Source: Eledone cirrhosa
Taxonomy: Eukaryota
Reading direction: 5' to 3'
Length of the DNA: 64,000 nt
NCBI GenBank assembly: GCA_964016885.1
Contig: OZ024758.1
Location: 6,882,001-6,946,000, forward strand
In this document: piece by piece, positions 52,866 to 64,000 of the stretch
Layout: each line of letters starts with the position of its first letter
How positions within the stretch are numbered: position 1 is the first letter of the stretch
Program-made: the position numbers and the translations under genes
Notes under the pieces: model-generated
What the model saw: the letters and a program-made list of their open reading frames with translations, nothing else
Database searches by the model: none
Told to the model about the DNA's origin: nothing

Positions 52866-53538
52866 CTTGGTAGATTGGAGCTAGTACATCAAACATGGAG
52901 TAAGGTATGGCTTGGTAGAGTGGAGCTAGTACATCAAACATGGAGTAAGGTATGGCTTGGTAGAGTGGAGCTAGTACATCAAACATGGAGTAAGGTATGG
53001 CTTGGTAGAGTGGAGCTAGTACATCAAACATGGAGTAAGGTATGGCTTGGTAGAGTGGAGCTAGTACATCAAATATGGAGTAAGGTGTGGTTTGGTAGAG
53101 TGGAGCTAGTACATCAAATATGGAGTAAGGTGTGGTTTGGTAGAGTGGAGCTAGTACATCAAATATGGAGTAAGGTGTGGCTTGGTAGAGTGGGGCTAGT
53201 ACATCAAATATGGAGTAAAGTATAACTTGGTAGAGTGGAACTAGTACATCAAACATGTAGTAAAGTATAACTCGGTAGAGTGGTGCTAGTACATCACACA
53301 TGTAGTAAAGTATAACTCGGTAGAGTGGTGCTAGTACATCACACATGTAGTAAAGTATAACTCGGTAGAGTGGTGCTAGTACATCACACATGTAGTAAAG
53401 TATAACTTGGTAGAGTGGGGCTAGTACATCACACATGTAGTAAAGTATAACTTGGTAGAGTGGTGCTAGTACATCACACATGTAGTAAAGTATAACTTGG
53501 TAGAGTGGGGCTAGTACATCACACATGGAGTAAAGTAA
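52866..53538. repeat. 45-bp minisatellite, ~15 copies with a variant gradient
   Basis: Unit cttggtagagtggagctagtacatcaaacatggagtaaggtatgg drifts in blocks. Confidence 0.95.
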
Positions 53539-53905
53539 GCCAATTGAAGTGAGGAAAAAGTAAACAATCGAAGTTAAAAGAAACACAATGACATTCAATA
53601 CTGATAGGAATTTACCTGTAAAGGTGTGGAACATTGACATTGAAAAACCTCACTGTATTGACTGATTAATAACTTCTGCTACATAAAAGAACAGTGGTTA
53701 AGACTGACAAGGTGTTAGTCAAGCACTACTTAACATTTGCAGTTCAATAGAAACTTTGTTAGACAAGTAGATAAAAGAATCTTGTAGACACCAGACATAT
53801 TTTGATGGTGATGCAACAGGAAGTATTTAGGGTGATCATATTGCAACAGTTGCTCTCATCCTCAGTGTGTATGTCCTCTGTATCTTTTACAAAAAATATT
53901 GAATA

Positions 53906-54600
53906 CTAGCTGAACCCGTGAAAAAATTCACGGATAATCCCTCTCTCTAAATATATTAAAATAAACCCCTCTCTCTAAATATATTAAAACCTCCCTCTCT
54001 ATATATATAAACCCATCCCTTTCTCTATTAAAACCACCCTCTCTATATATTATAACACTCCTCTCTCTCTATATATATATATTTAACCCTCTCTCTACAT
54101 ATATTTAACCCCCTCTCTCTATATATATAATTAACCACCCCCCTCTCTCTCTATATATATATATTAACCCCCCCCCTCTCTATATATATATTTAACCCGC
54201 TCTATATATATATATATTTTAACTCTCCTTTCTCTATATTATAACCCCCTCTCTATATTATAACCCCCTTCTCTCTATATATTATAACCCTCCTTTCTCT
54301 ATATTATAACCCCCTCTCTATATTATAACCCCCTTCTCTCTATATATTATAACCCTCCTTTCTCTATATTATAACCCCCCTCTCTATATTATAACCCCCT
54401 TCTCTCTATATATTTTAACTCTCCTTTCTCTATATTATAACCCCCTCTCTATATTATAACCCCCTTCTCTCTATATATTATAACCCTCCTTTCTCTATAT
54501 TATAACCCCCCTCTCTATATTATAACCCCCTTCTCTCTATATATTATAACCCTCCTTTCTCTATATTATAACCCCCTCTCTATATTATAACCCCCTTCTC
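53906..54600 (-). mobile_element. Helitron-like 3' end plus internal C/CT/TA tandem repeats
   Basis: Minus strand: hairpin ccgtgaa-tttt-ttcacgg, then 6 nt, then CTAG|T. A similar end lies at 48520-48547 (tgaccc-gtt-gggtca) and a probable element at ~46838-47445. Confidence 0.6.
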
Positions 54601-55134
54601 AGTGGGAACTAAAGTTTGAAATAAGTTGTGAAGATATTTTTAAAAACAACTGAAATTAGGTCAGGTCATTGTGACTTGAATGTAAAGATCTGGACCTTGA
54701 TATTCTTTAGATTCTGATTGTTCAGAGCAATATACTATTGCAGATGTTTCCTTCTAGACATTTTTGTTTACTTTTGATAAGTTTCTCTGTTATTTTATTT
54801 CACAAACTTTTTGTTAATATGTCAGGCTCAAATTATCAGTTTCCTTCAGTCCACTATTTAACCAGAAGGCTGTTGTCACCCAAAATGTTTGTAAACCGAA
54901 ACTATTTTTCCCATATGAGATGTTAAGGGAGAAATACAGTGAGAGAGACTGTGTGAGGAAGACAGATAGATATCACCACAGTAACTAACTACATAGCAAG
55001 TGATGCTTTCCTGCTGATACCCCAAACTTGTTACCTACCATTGCTACCGGCTTGTTTATTATGGACACTGTTCAGCACCCAAGATGTTTTATGTTCGAAA
55101 ACATTGTGAACCTCTTTGTCTGAGATGAGAGGTA

Positions 55135-55367
55135 TTTGTGAACCTATTTGTTTGGGAACCTATTTGTTTGGGAACCTATTTGTTTGGGAACCTATTTGTT
55201 TGGGAACCTATTTGTTTGGGAACTTATTTGTTTGGGAACCTCTTTGTTTGTGATGAGTGGTGTTTGGGAACCTATTTGTTTGTGATGAGGGGTGTTTGGG
55301 AACCTATTTGTTTGTGATGAGTGGTGTTTGGGAACCTCTTTGTTTGTGATAAGAGGCATTTGTGAAC
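55135..55367. repeat. 16-bp repeat (gggaacctatttgttt) grading into a 32-bp unit
   Basis: Seen directly. Confidence 0.85.
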
Positions 55368-55825
55368 TGAGGTTCCACTGTATAAAGCATATCAGTAAAA
55401 TGAATTTACTGGCACTGAATATCCATAATTCTTGTCAACTAATCAGTCATTAGGTTAATTTATATGAGCATACAGGGCTAATAGATGACGGAAGTGTGAA
55501 AGGCCATTACCAGTAGCCAACAGCCATCAGTCAGCTCTCACTGATGACACAACAGACATAGCAGTACAAAGTGCAACCATATCAACATCAACATAACAGG
55601 CAACTCAGCAGTGACATTATCATTCCAGTTATTGAGTTATACACCAACACACACATCAGTAGGACACCAACTAGTCTTTATAGCTAACAACTTTAATACT
55701 TTCACACCCATTGACATGTATTGTAAAAGCTGAACTATATAGGCATTTGTACATCTAGAACTATACTACTTTAGCTTACTTTATCAGTAGCATGTGTTAG
55801 CTGTATATCACGTATCTACGTACCT

Positions 55826-56428
55826 CTTTACATGCACATGTGTACTGCAGTCTTTACATGCACATGTGTACTGCAGTCTTTACATGCACATGTGTACTGC
55901 AGTCTTTTCATGCACATGTGTGCACTAAAACATTCACACTATATACACACTACATTCACACTATAAACACACTACATTCACACTATATACACACTACATT
56001 GACATTATATACACACTACATTCACATTATATACACACTACATTCTCACTACATTCTCACTACATTCACACTACATTCACACTACATTCACACTACATTC
56101 ACACTACATTCACACTACATTCACACTACATTCACACTACATTCACACTACATTCTCACTACATTCACACTACATTCACACTACATTCTCACTACATTCT
56201 CACTACATTCACACTACATTCACACTACATTCTCACTACATTCTCACTACATTCTCACTACATTCGCACTACATTCTCACTACATTCTCACTACATTCAC
56301 ACTACATTCACACTACATTCTCACTACATTCTCACTACATACATACTACATACATACTACATACACACTACATTCACACTATATACACACTACATTCTCA
56401 CTACATACATACTACATACATACATACA
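55826..56428. repeat. 26-bp repeat followed by a (CACTACATTCA/CT)n 11-bp repeat
   Basis: Seen directly; gives spurious ORF 55840-56490. Confidence 0.9.
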
Positions 56429-58741
56429 TGATGGCTGCAAAAGAGTATTGCAATCACTTGTCAGATTATAGAGTTTGGTGCACTTTTTAAGCTACGGCCA
56501 GCCACACAAACCTGAAACAGATCCTGAACAAGCAATGCCTGTACTTTGAAGGTTTTTTAAGGTGGGGAAAGGCCTTGCACTCGACCAATCCCACTCTCTG
56601 AGCATCGAAAACACTACCCGAAAAGGAGAACTTGTCAACATCATCGGATGCTTCTGAAGCCGCAGGTTTTTTTCAGAGGTTCCCCTCTCCTAGAAAGGTG
56701 TTGTGACAACTGGGGACCTTTCACTCCCAGGTGAAAATAAAAAAATAAAAAAATAAATAAAAAAAAAGGTACTATTTGGATGGCTGTTGACTCTGCTGAG
56801 TTCCTCCGCCCTTTACCAGGTCTTGTATTTCATCCCACAGGGTGTTCAAATATCATCCTCCTTACCAAGCTAGCTTGGTGGGATTGCCGGTTTAGTCGCT
56901 GACGACACGACCATGATACATACATACATACATACATACTCTCTTACTCTCTCACTCTCTCACTCTCACTCTCACTCTCTCTCTCAAAACTGTCCTTTTG
57001 AACATTGCTTTCATTTATTTGCAGAAAATTTCCAAATATTTCACCTAACATTTCTTGATGCCAACATTTTTAAAACTCTGTCATTAACAATAATTTTATC
57101 TGTCAATCAGACTTATTCCAGTCAAATTAATATATTGGCAACTAGAGAAAATATTTTTCAATTGTGTTAATTATAGAATAAAACCATTATTAATTTATTT
57201 TGCATTTTATCTTCTTGTTGAATCTCTATTTTTCACAGTATTAAAAATACTTAATTTTGTTTAGTGTTCTTTTGATACCATTTCTTTATATTTTGTTATC
57301 TTTTCTGAATAAGTTGAAAGGCTGGTGTGGAGAATTATTTGTTTTGTTATCAGATGCAAGTTACACATCCTGTTCTTAACTACTTCAACTTCCTATTCCT
57401 TCTAATTAATGACTTGTAGGAGAACATCGAGATCAACAAATAATTGAAAAAGAGAGGAAAAAAAAGCAACCTACTGCAACAGGGAGAGCTTAACAAAAAA
57501 TTGAGAGATTATTTTTCTCTATCATTGCTTCTTGATATTTATATTGGCAGCAATGAAAAGTCTCATCTGCTCCTACTTCTATTTCTTAATTAATTTACCC
57601 ATTTCCAGGGTTGTTGTGATACAACTCTTCAAGACTTGTTGGTTCTGTTTTGATATCTAGCCTCCACCTTCTCCTCATCCTCATCCCCAGCATCATCCTC
57701 AGCCCCAGCATCATCCTCAGCCTCATCATCAGCATCCTCATCATTTCAATGTCAGCTTTTCTTGCTAACAAGGGTTGGCTGGGTCTACATAGACCAAGTC
57801 AGTATTGAAGCAGGGCTACTGATCTCTGACAAGCCAGGGATGTGTCATCTTACTTATGTAGCATCTCGAGTGCACAGGAGAGGTTGTCATGCCTTTCACA
57901 CAACTGAGGGTCCTCCCACCCCTTTCTTTGGCAAGTTTTCTATGGTAGGATTCCCTTCCTATCACCAACCACTTTACAGCATGTACTGGGTGCGTTTATC
58001 ATGTAGGTCACCAAACACTAGGGAGGCTGTCATGTCCTTGACACAACTGAAGGGTCGTCCTGAACCTTTGTTTGAGAAGCTTTCTATGACTGGATACCCT
58101 TCCTAACACCAACCACTTCACAAATAAAATCAAAGTATGCAGCTAAAGTGCATCAGCAAAAGAAGTTCTCTATACATGTGCAAACTACCGTGTCATAATT
58201 AAATACTAGATACTAATTGTTTTTACTTTTGGCACAAGGCTAGCAATTAGCTAATAATGGTATATAATAGTTTTTATGCAGGGGTTCCTTGACACAGAAA
58301 AACTATTTCCAGGGTTCCACAAAGATAAAAAGTTTGAGAAATGCTGATCTAGAACTTTATCATTTCTCTCACTTCACTACTTTTTAAGTACTAGAAGAAC
58401 ATGAAAGGAAATTACTTAAATTGTATATAATATCATTAGAGGCAAACTTTCTGCTGCTCAACAAATGGCAGAAGGAAGTTTCACTTACAGTTAGTCTGCA
58501 GTAAATGGTGGGAGGTTGTGTGAAATTTGTTTTTCACCATTGAATGCTATTAATTGATGTTTATAGCTGTTAGTTTAACTTATAAGTGTGGTGATTTGGT
58601 TTAAGCAGTTAAAGAGTCATTTAAAACATTTTATTTTGTCCGAGTTGCAACTCGTAGATAGTATCAGCAATCCTTGCTTGGTCCAATTTAACAATCTCCA
58701 CCCCCCACCCCAGTCAACGAATGAGGTACGATCTTGTCGAG

Positions 58742-58777
<36 letters not shown>

Positions 58778-59399
58778 TTATTTCGTTTCTGAATTTGTTT
58801 AGCAAGATTCTTTATCTGAAAACGTGTTGAAACCGATATTGTTATGTTTTGGGAGGGTCATGTTGCCAATAAGAAACACACGCACCAGTTGCTTTCACTT
58901 CAATTTATTATAAATTAAATTTATAAGTTTAGCTCGCTCATATAGGACTGTTTCTGCTGGCTGGTTTTCTACGGCTGGATATCCTTCCTAACACCAACCA
59001 CATTTACAGTGTGGACTGGGAGCTTTTTTACTGTGTCTCCTACACGACCACTTTCCAGTGTGGACTGGATGTTCTGTGGTACCAACATAACTTTACAGGA
59101 GAAAGGGTTGTGTGGGTGGAAGTGGGAGGATTTTTACATGCGAGCATGGGTTAGACTTGTTGTCCTGTTGTGGGCAATGCTAGGTCAGGTGACCATGTCT
59201 TGCCCATACAGAACTGATTTTGGCTAGGTTTCTACAGCTGGATGGCTTTCTTAATTCCAACCTCGTTTACAATGAGTACTGGGTGTTTTTTGTCGTGACA
59301 CCTTCATGACCACTTTACAGTGTGGGCTGGGTGCTTTTTGTTGTGACATCTGCACAACCACCTACAGTGTGGATTAGGTGTATTTTGTTGCGACACCTA

Positions 59400-59822
59400 C
59401 ATGACCACTTTACAGTGTTGTCCGAGTGCTTTTTTTTTTTTCCCCCCCCGTGTCGCCATCATGACCACTTTAGTGTGGGCTGGGGGCTTTTTCCCGTGTC
59501 ACCATCACGACCACTTTACAGTGTTGTCTGGGGGCTTTTTCCCGTGTCACCATCACGACCACTTTACAGTGTTGTCTGGGTGCTTTTTTTCCCCGTGTCA
59601 CCATCATGACCACTTTAGTGTGGGCTGGGGGCTTTTTCTCGTGTCACCATCACGACCACTTTACAGTGTTGTCTGGGGGCTTTTTCCCGTGTCACCATCA
59701 CGACCACTTTACAGTGTTGTCTGGGTGCTTTTTTTTTTCCCCGTGTCACCATCATGACCACTTTAGTGTGGGCTGGGGGCTTTTTCCCATGTCACCATCA
59801 CAACCACTTTACAGTGTGGGCT
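59400..59822. repeat. ~45-50-bp tandem units of retroposon family 3 with trimeric higher-order periodicity
   Basis: Variant atgaccactttagtgtgggctgggggc recurs at 59461, 59606 and 59754. Confidence 0.85.
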
Positions 59823-61795
59823 GGGAGCTTCGCTGGATGTATACTTCGGCCTGTCCTCCTGAAAGATGTATGGGAGGGTGGTGGTGTGGTGCATACTGTA
59901 TTTATGCTTCAGCTTCGGCCTGCGTGCGAGAGAGCAAGATACAGATTACACTATACAATATGCTTCTGTTAGAACTTCTAACTAACATTGATTGTAACAG
60001 CTATAATTGCAATTACTCTCGTACTGTAGGTTAACAAGTTTAAATGATGCTTTGATATTAGCACTGTTGTCTTTGTTGTTGAAAACTGGGTCTTTGTATT
60101 TGTATATGCCATTCATAAGAATTATATCTTTTATAAAACTATATTTAACTCTAAATAGGCTTGATGTGTATGGTTAAATATAGCTTTATGATGTACGAAC
60201 TCAGCTGAGAAGTTCATAGGCTGACCAAGATACTCTCATGGAATGACCAAATGAATTTTATTTTTCAACATAGTCCCTGGAAAGAAACAATGTAGTTATT
60301 AATAAGAGCTGAAATTAAGATTTCACTGCTCTAACATCACTCCTTCATAGCCAGCCTATGAACTTTTCAGCCTCCTACCCACATACACACGCACACGCAC
60401 ACGCACACGAGGGTCAGCTGAAAAGTTCATAGGCTGACCAAGGTACTCTCATGGAATGACCAAATGAGGTTTATTTTTTAACACAGTCCAGTTTCTACTT
60501 TTGGCACAAGGCCAGCAATTACCCAGTACATTACTGGTACTTTATTTTATCGACCCCCGTAAGGATGAAAGGCAAAGTTGACCTCGGCGGGATTTGAACT
60601 CGGAATGGAAAGGGCCGTAACTCTATGCGTCAAAGCATGACGTCCGACCCTCTACCGATACTGCCAATCCACCGCCCTGGAAAGAAATAATGCAAGTTAT
60701 TTGTAAGAGTTAAAATTAATGTAAGATTTCACAAGCTCTAGTATCACTCCTTCATAGCTGACTCTCGTATAATATATGCCATTCATAGGATTTATATTTG
60801 TTATACGACTAGTGTGGAAGAGGTTGTAAATTTAACTGTAACCAGCCCCCTAGCCCACACTGTAAAGTGGTTGTGTAGGTGACACGACAAAAAGTACCAA
60901 CCCCACACTATAAAGTGGCCATGTAGGTGTCGCAACAAAAAGCACCCAGGCCACACTGTAAATGTGGTTGGTGTTAGGAAGAGCATCTAGCTATAGAAAC
61001 CAATGAGCAAGACAAGGTCACCTGACCCGATTTTCCTCAAATCAGACAGACAGTCTAACTCATGCTAGTGTCGAAAATGGTCGTTAAACGATGATCATCA
61101 TATGCTTGATATGTAGAAGAGATTGTAAGATAGATTGTGTTAGTTTTAATTAACTGTAGGAAGAGAAGAATAAAAGAGTATATTTTTTTTCAAATTTCAA
61201 AAATACATCGAGTAGTTAAACAGCAAATAACACATTTGATGATCTCCAATCGTGTACTAACACTTCATTCAGTCTGAAATGAGAAAAAAAAAACATTACC
61301 AATGTACTATATATAGAAAACAAGAGAGGGTGTGTTTGAGATTCTTGTATGTTAGTATATCTACTAACACTGGTAAATTTTTGTATCATTAAAACTTATC
61401 TGTTTTATTGATTAGCTTTAAGAAAGGAAGAAAAAAAAACCAAAACAATAAAATACTGATCTATATCTAGAGTTAAAATAAAATACAAAACAAAACATAC
61501 ATGGTATAAGTTGTATACTCATGTAGTAAGGGTTAAGAGTAGCTTTCATATGACACTAGCCTGGCCCAGTTAATATAATTTGAGCTATGACATTTAGACT
61601 GTAATCTGTTTCCCCATTTAGAATTGCTTGCTTGTCAAACATGTGAAATAATTAAAATGAATATTTTTTGTCATGTTGAAATCTTTGAAGAGGAGGACCA
61701 GAAGGGGATTAATAGAAGCCAGGTTAATATAATTTCACTGGTGACATGTTGTTTGGAATGTTTGTTACTCAATTATTTTTTTTTTTTTTTTTTAA

Positions 61796-61985
61796 GGGCG
61801 ATGGATTGGCAGTATGGGTAGAGGGTCGGACGCCATGCTTTCCAACATAGTTACGTCCCTTTGCGGTCTGAGTTCAAATCCCGCTGAGGTTGACTTTGCC
61901 TTTCATCCTTACGGGGTCGATAAAATAAAGTACCAGTAATGTACTGGGTAATTGATGGCCTTGTGCCAATAGTAGAAACAATTAT
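61796..61985 (+). mobile_element. Full-length SINE family 1 in a T-rich target
   Basis: Complete head to tail; aattatt(T)n on both sides. Confidence 0.85.
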
Positions 61986-63439
61986 TATTTTTTTTTTTGG
62001 GGGGGTCTTCTAAGTCCTCCACATCCACCCACACCATGTGGTGTATTTTATGAAACAAGAAGTGATAGGGTGTCATTTTCCCCCTTCTATTTCTTTTGTT
62101 GTTTTATTGTTTATTTTTTTATTTTTATTTTCCTATAATGTGAAGGTGTGCTGCAGCTGAGTGGTTAGGATGTTAAACTTATGATGGTAACCTCATGGGT
62201 TCAATTCCTGGACCATGTGATGTTGTGTTCTGGCGAAAACATTTCATTTTATGTTGCTCCAGTCAACTCAACTGAAAATGAGTACCAGAAATAGCAGCAG
62301 TTACGGGTGAACTCTGCAATGGACTGGCGTCCTGTCCAGGGGGAGTCTTATACTCTGTCACTTAATGCCAATGAAACCAGGGCAAGCTTTTGCCCGACAT
62401 TACTATCTCCAGTGATATCTGGCCATGTTCCATTGTCAGGACTGACAGATTGTTTTTAAGAGACCTTGCAGGTTACTTCAGAAACTCTACCATATTAATC
62501 TTGATAGCATGGCTGGTGACTTTAAGAAACATACTGAAGGACAAGCATGGTCATTCTCATGTAGATGAAGGATATGGCCTGAGATATAACTAGGGAAAAT
62601 AACACCAATGGCAAGCAGGGAAATTGTGCCCCTGCCCAAACATCTGACACTCGCCTTTCAAATAACCACAATCCCAGCTCAAAAATAGGAATCACTTATG
62701 GGTCTAATTTATATAAATAGTTTGATCCAGCCACCATAGAGGTTCTCACTCCTGATAATCAAAGACAGATCATACATCTGAAGAAGTTTCTTCTCTCACT
62801 CTCCGACGATAGCTTATCTGACTTTAATAGGAAGTGGTTGCCATGGCAGGTATCCGTGCTGTGTTTGTCATACCCTAGTTACACCTCGGGATTTGGGTGT
62901 GTTTTAAAACCACAAACCTGATGACTCTCTCATGCCTTTCTCAAGGATATTGACAATATATGTAAAGTAGTTAATAAAATGATAGGATGAATGAAATGAC
63001 CTACATGCTGTGGATCAATGTCTTATTGGAATCCTGTTTCAGTATAAATATCTGTTGGTTCACAAATACTTGCAATCTACTCCCCTCCCCGTCTCTCTTT
63101 CTCTCAGAGAGAGAGAATGTGTGTGTGTAAGATAAAAATTCATGATTAGCTGAAATTTTTTTCTTGACTACTCTCTCTCTAGCTAGTTATGGAAAAATAC
63201 TTTGATCGCTGTTTTTTTTTTTTTTTATTTTGAACTGTTTCAACTTCACATCTGAAAAGAGGGTAATAGTTCTGAAATATCATGTTGAAATATACTGTGT
63301 AAAAACATTACTTTGTTTTGTTTTATTTGTCATCATTTGCCCTTTATATATTTCTACCACATTGTACTGGCTTCTTGAAAGTTATCAGTCTTTTATTACA
63401 TATCTCACAATGCTTCGTACTAACTATATTACTTTACAC

Positions 63440-63671
63440 CAGGCGTGTCAAACTGAGGGTCACATGGGTCACATATGCGTTATCTGAAGGCCACACGACA
63501 ACTAACTGCGCACATTACAACTAATTTTTGAAATTTTATATTACGAAGATAAAACATGTTCGTGCTGTAAAAACCTGTGTGCAGGCCGCAGGTGAGCTTG
63601 TAAAGAGCCACAAGTGTGCTTGTAAAGGGCCATAGGTGTGTTTTTAAAGAGCCGCATGTTTGACATGCCTG
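63440..63671. mobile_element. hAT MITE (232 bp), 74 bp upstream of CARMIL exon 3
   Basis: TIRs CAGGCGTGTCAAAC / GTTTGACATGCCTG; 8-bp TSD ctttacac / ctctacac. Confidence 0.85.
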
Positions 63672-63745
63672 CTCTACACTATTTATGATGATGATGATCC
63701 ATTTATATATTTACTTATTAACACTATTTTTATTTTATTTTCCAG

Positions 63746-63796
63746 GCTTTCTCAAACTGGAGGCTGAACATATGTACAGCCAAAGCTCCTTGCAAG
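63746..63796 (+). CDS. CARMIL: CARMIL/LRRC16 coding exon 3 (51 nt): AFSNWRLNICTAKAPCK; gene continues beyond the window
   Basis: Acceptor ttttattttccAG and donor AAG|GTAAGA, phase 0 to 0. Aligns without gaps to the recalled CARMIL1 segment VLTSCRAFLVTARIPTK. Confidence 0.92.
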
Positions 63797-64000
63797 GTAA
63801 GAAAATATAACTTTATTATCACTAACTCCAACTATCATAAAAATTTGGTAGTAACGTGTGCTTACGCTGTATTTGACTAAATAGAATTAGTCTGTTAGTT
63901 GGAATTAAAAAAAAACCCTCTGAATGGAAAAAAGGATGGGTTTGGGCGTACATCTTTGGTTTGCTGGACCAATGTGTTACCAAGGATAATACATTGGACC

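Larger units (their letters stand above)
44596..63745 (+). other. CARMIL intron 2 (19,150 bp, GT-AG, phase 0)
   Basis: Bounded by GTATGT and tccAG; the flanking exons are contiguous in the protein alignment. Confidence 0.88.

Noticed and set aside
59401-60034. His/Cys-rich repeat ORFs (PCHHHDHF) as metal-binding peptides
   Set aside because: Translations of the retroposon VNTR, frame-shifted by variable T runs.

Overview
AT-rich, repeat-dense animal genomic DNA, most likely an octopod cephalopod; this is inferred from the SINE/MITE/RTE repertoire and the very long (TA)n tracts, not shown directly. It is not prokaryotic and contains no CRISPR array. The one well-supported gene is the 5' end of CARMIL/LRRC16 on the + strand. 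Three small coding exons (13284-13317, 44498-44595, 63746-63796) splice in frame to MARTSIPQDVQ-E-SLRDALDSQQKITIKCLLKQEIRPEKYENKLL-AFSNWRLNICTAKAPCK, the start of the CARMIL PH domain, across introns of 31.2 kb and 19.2 kb. A probable signal-peptide first exon of a divergent minus-strand gene lies at 3588-3694. Nearly all ORFs in the supplied track are microsatellite or transposon artefacts. The rest is a mosaic of tRNA-derived SINEs, mariner/hAT/TTAA MITEs, Helitron-like elements, RTE and CRE-like LINE remnants, and minisatellites that mostly arose inside transposons. The most unusual signal is two related families of short elements found only inside (TA)n tracts. They share an ACTCAATAC...AGTAGAGT motif and end in fold-back palindromes of copy-specific size with co-varying arms. 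Several hammerhead-ribozyme-like motifs occur nearby, suggesting a non-autonomous, microsatellite-targeting Penelope-like/retrozyme system (inference, untested).
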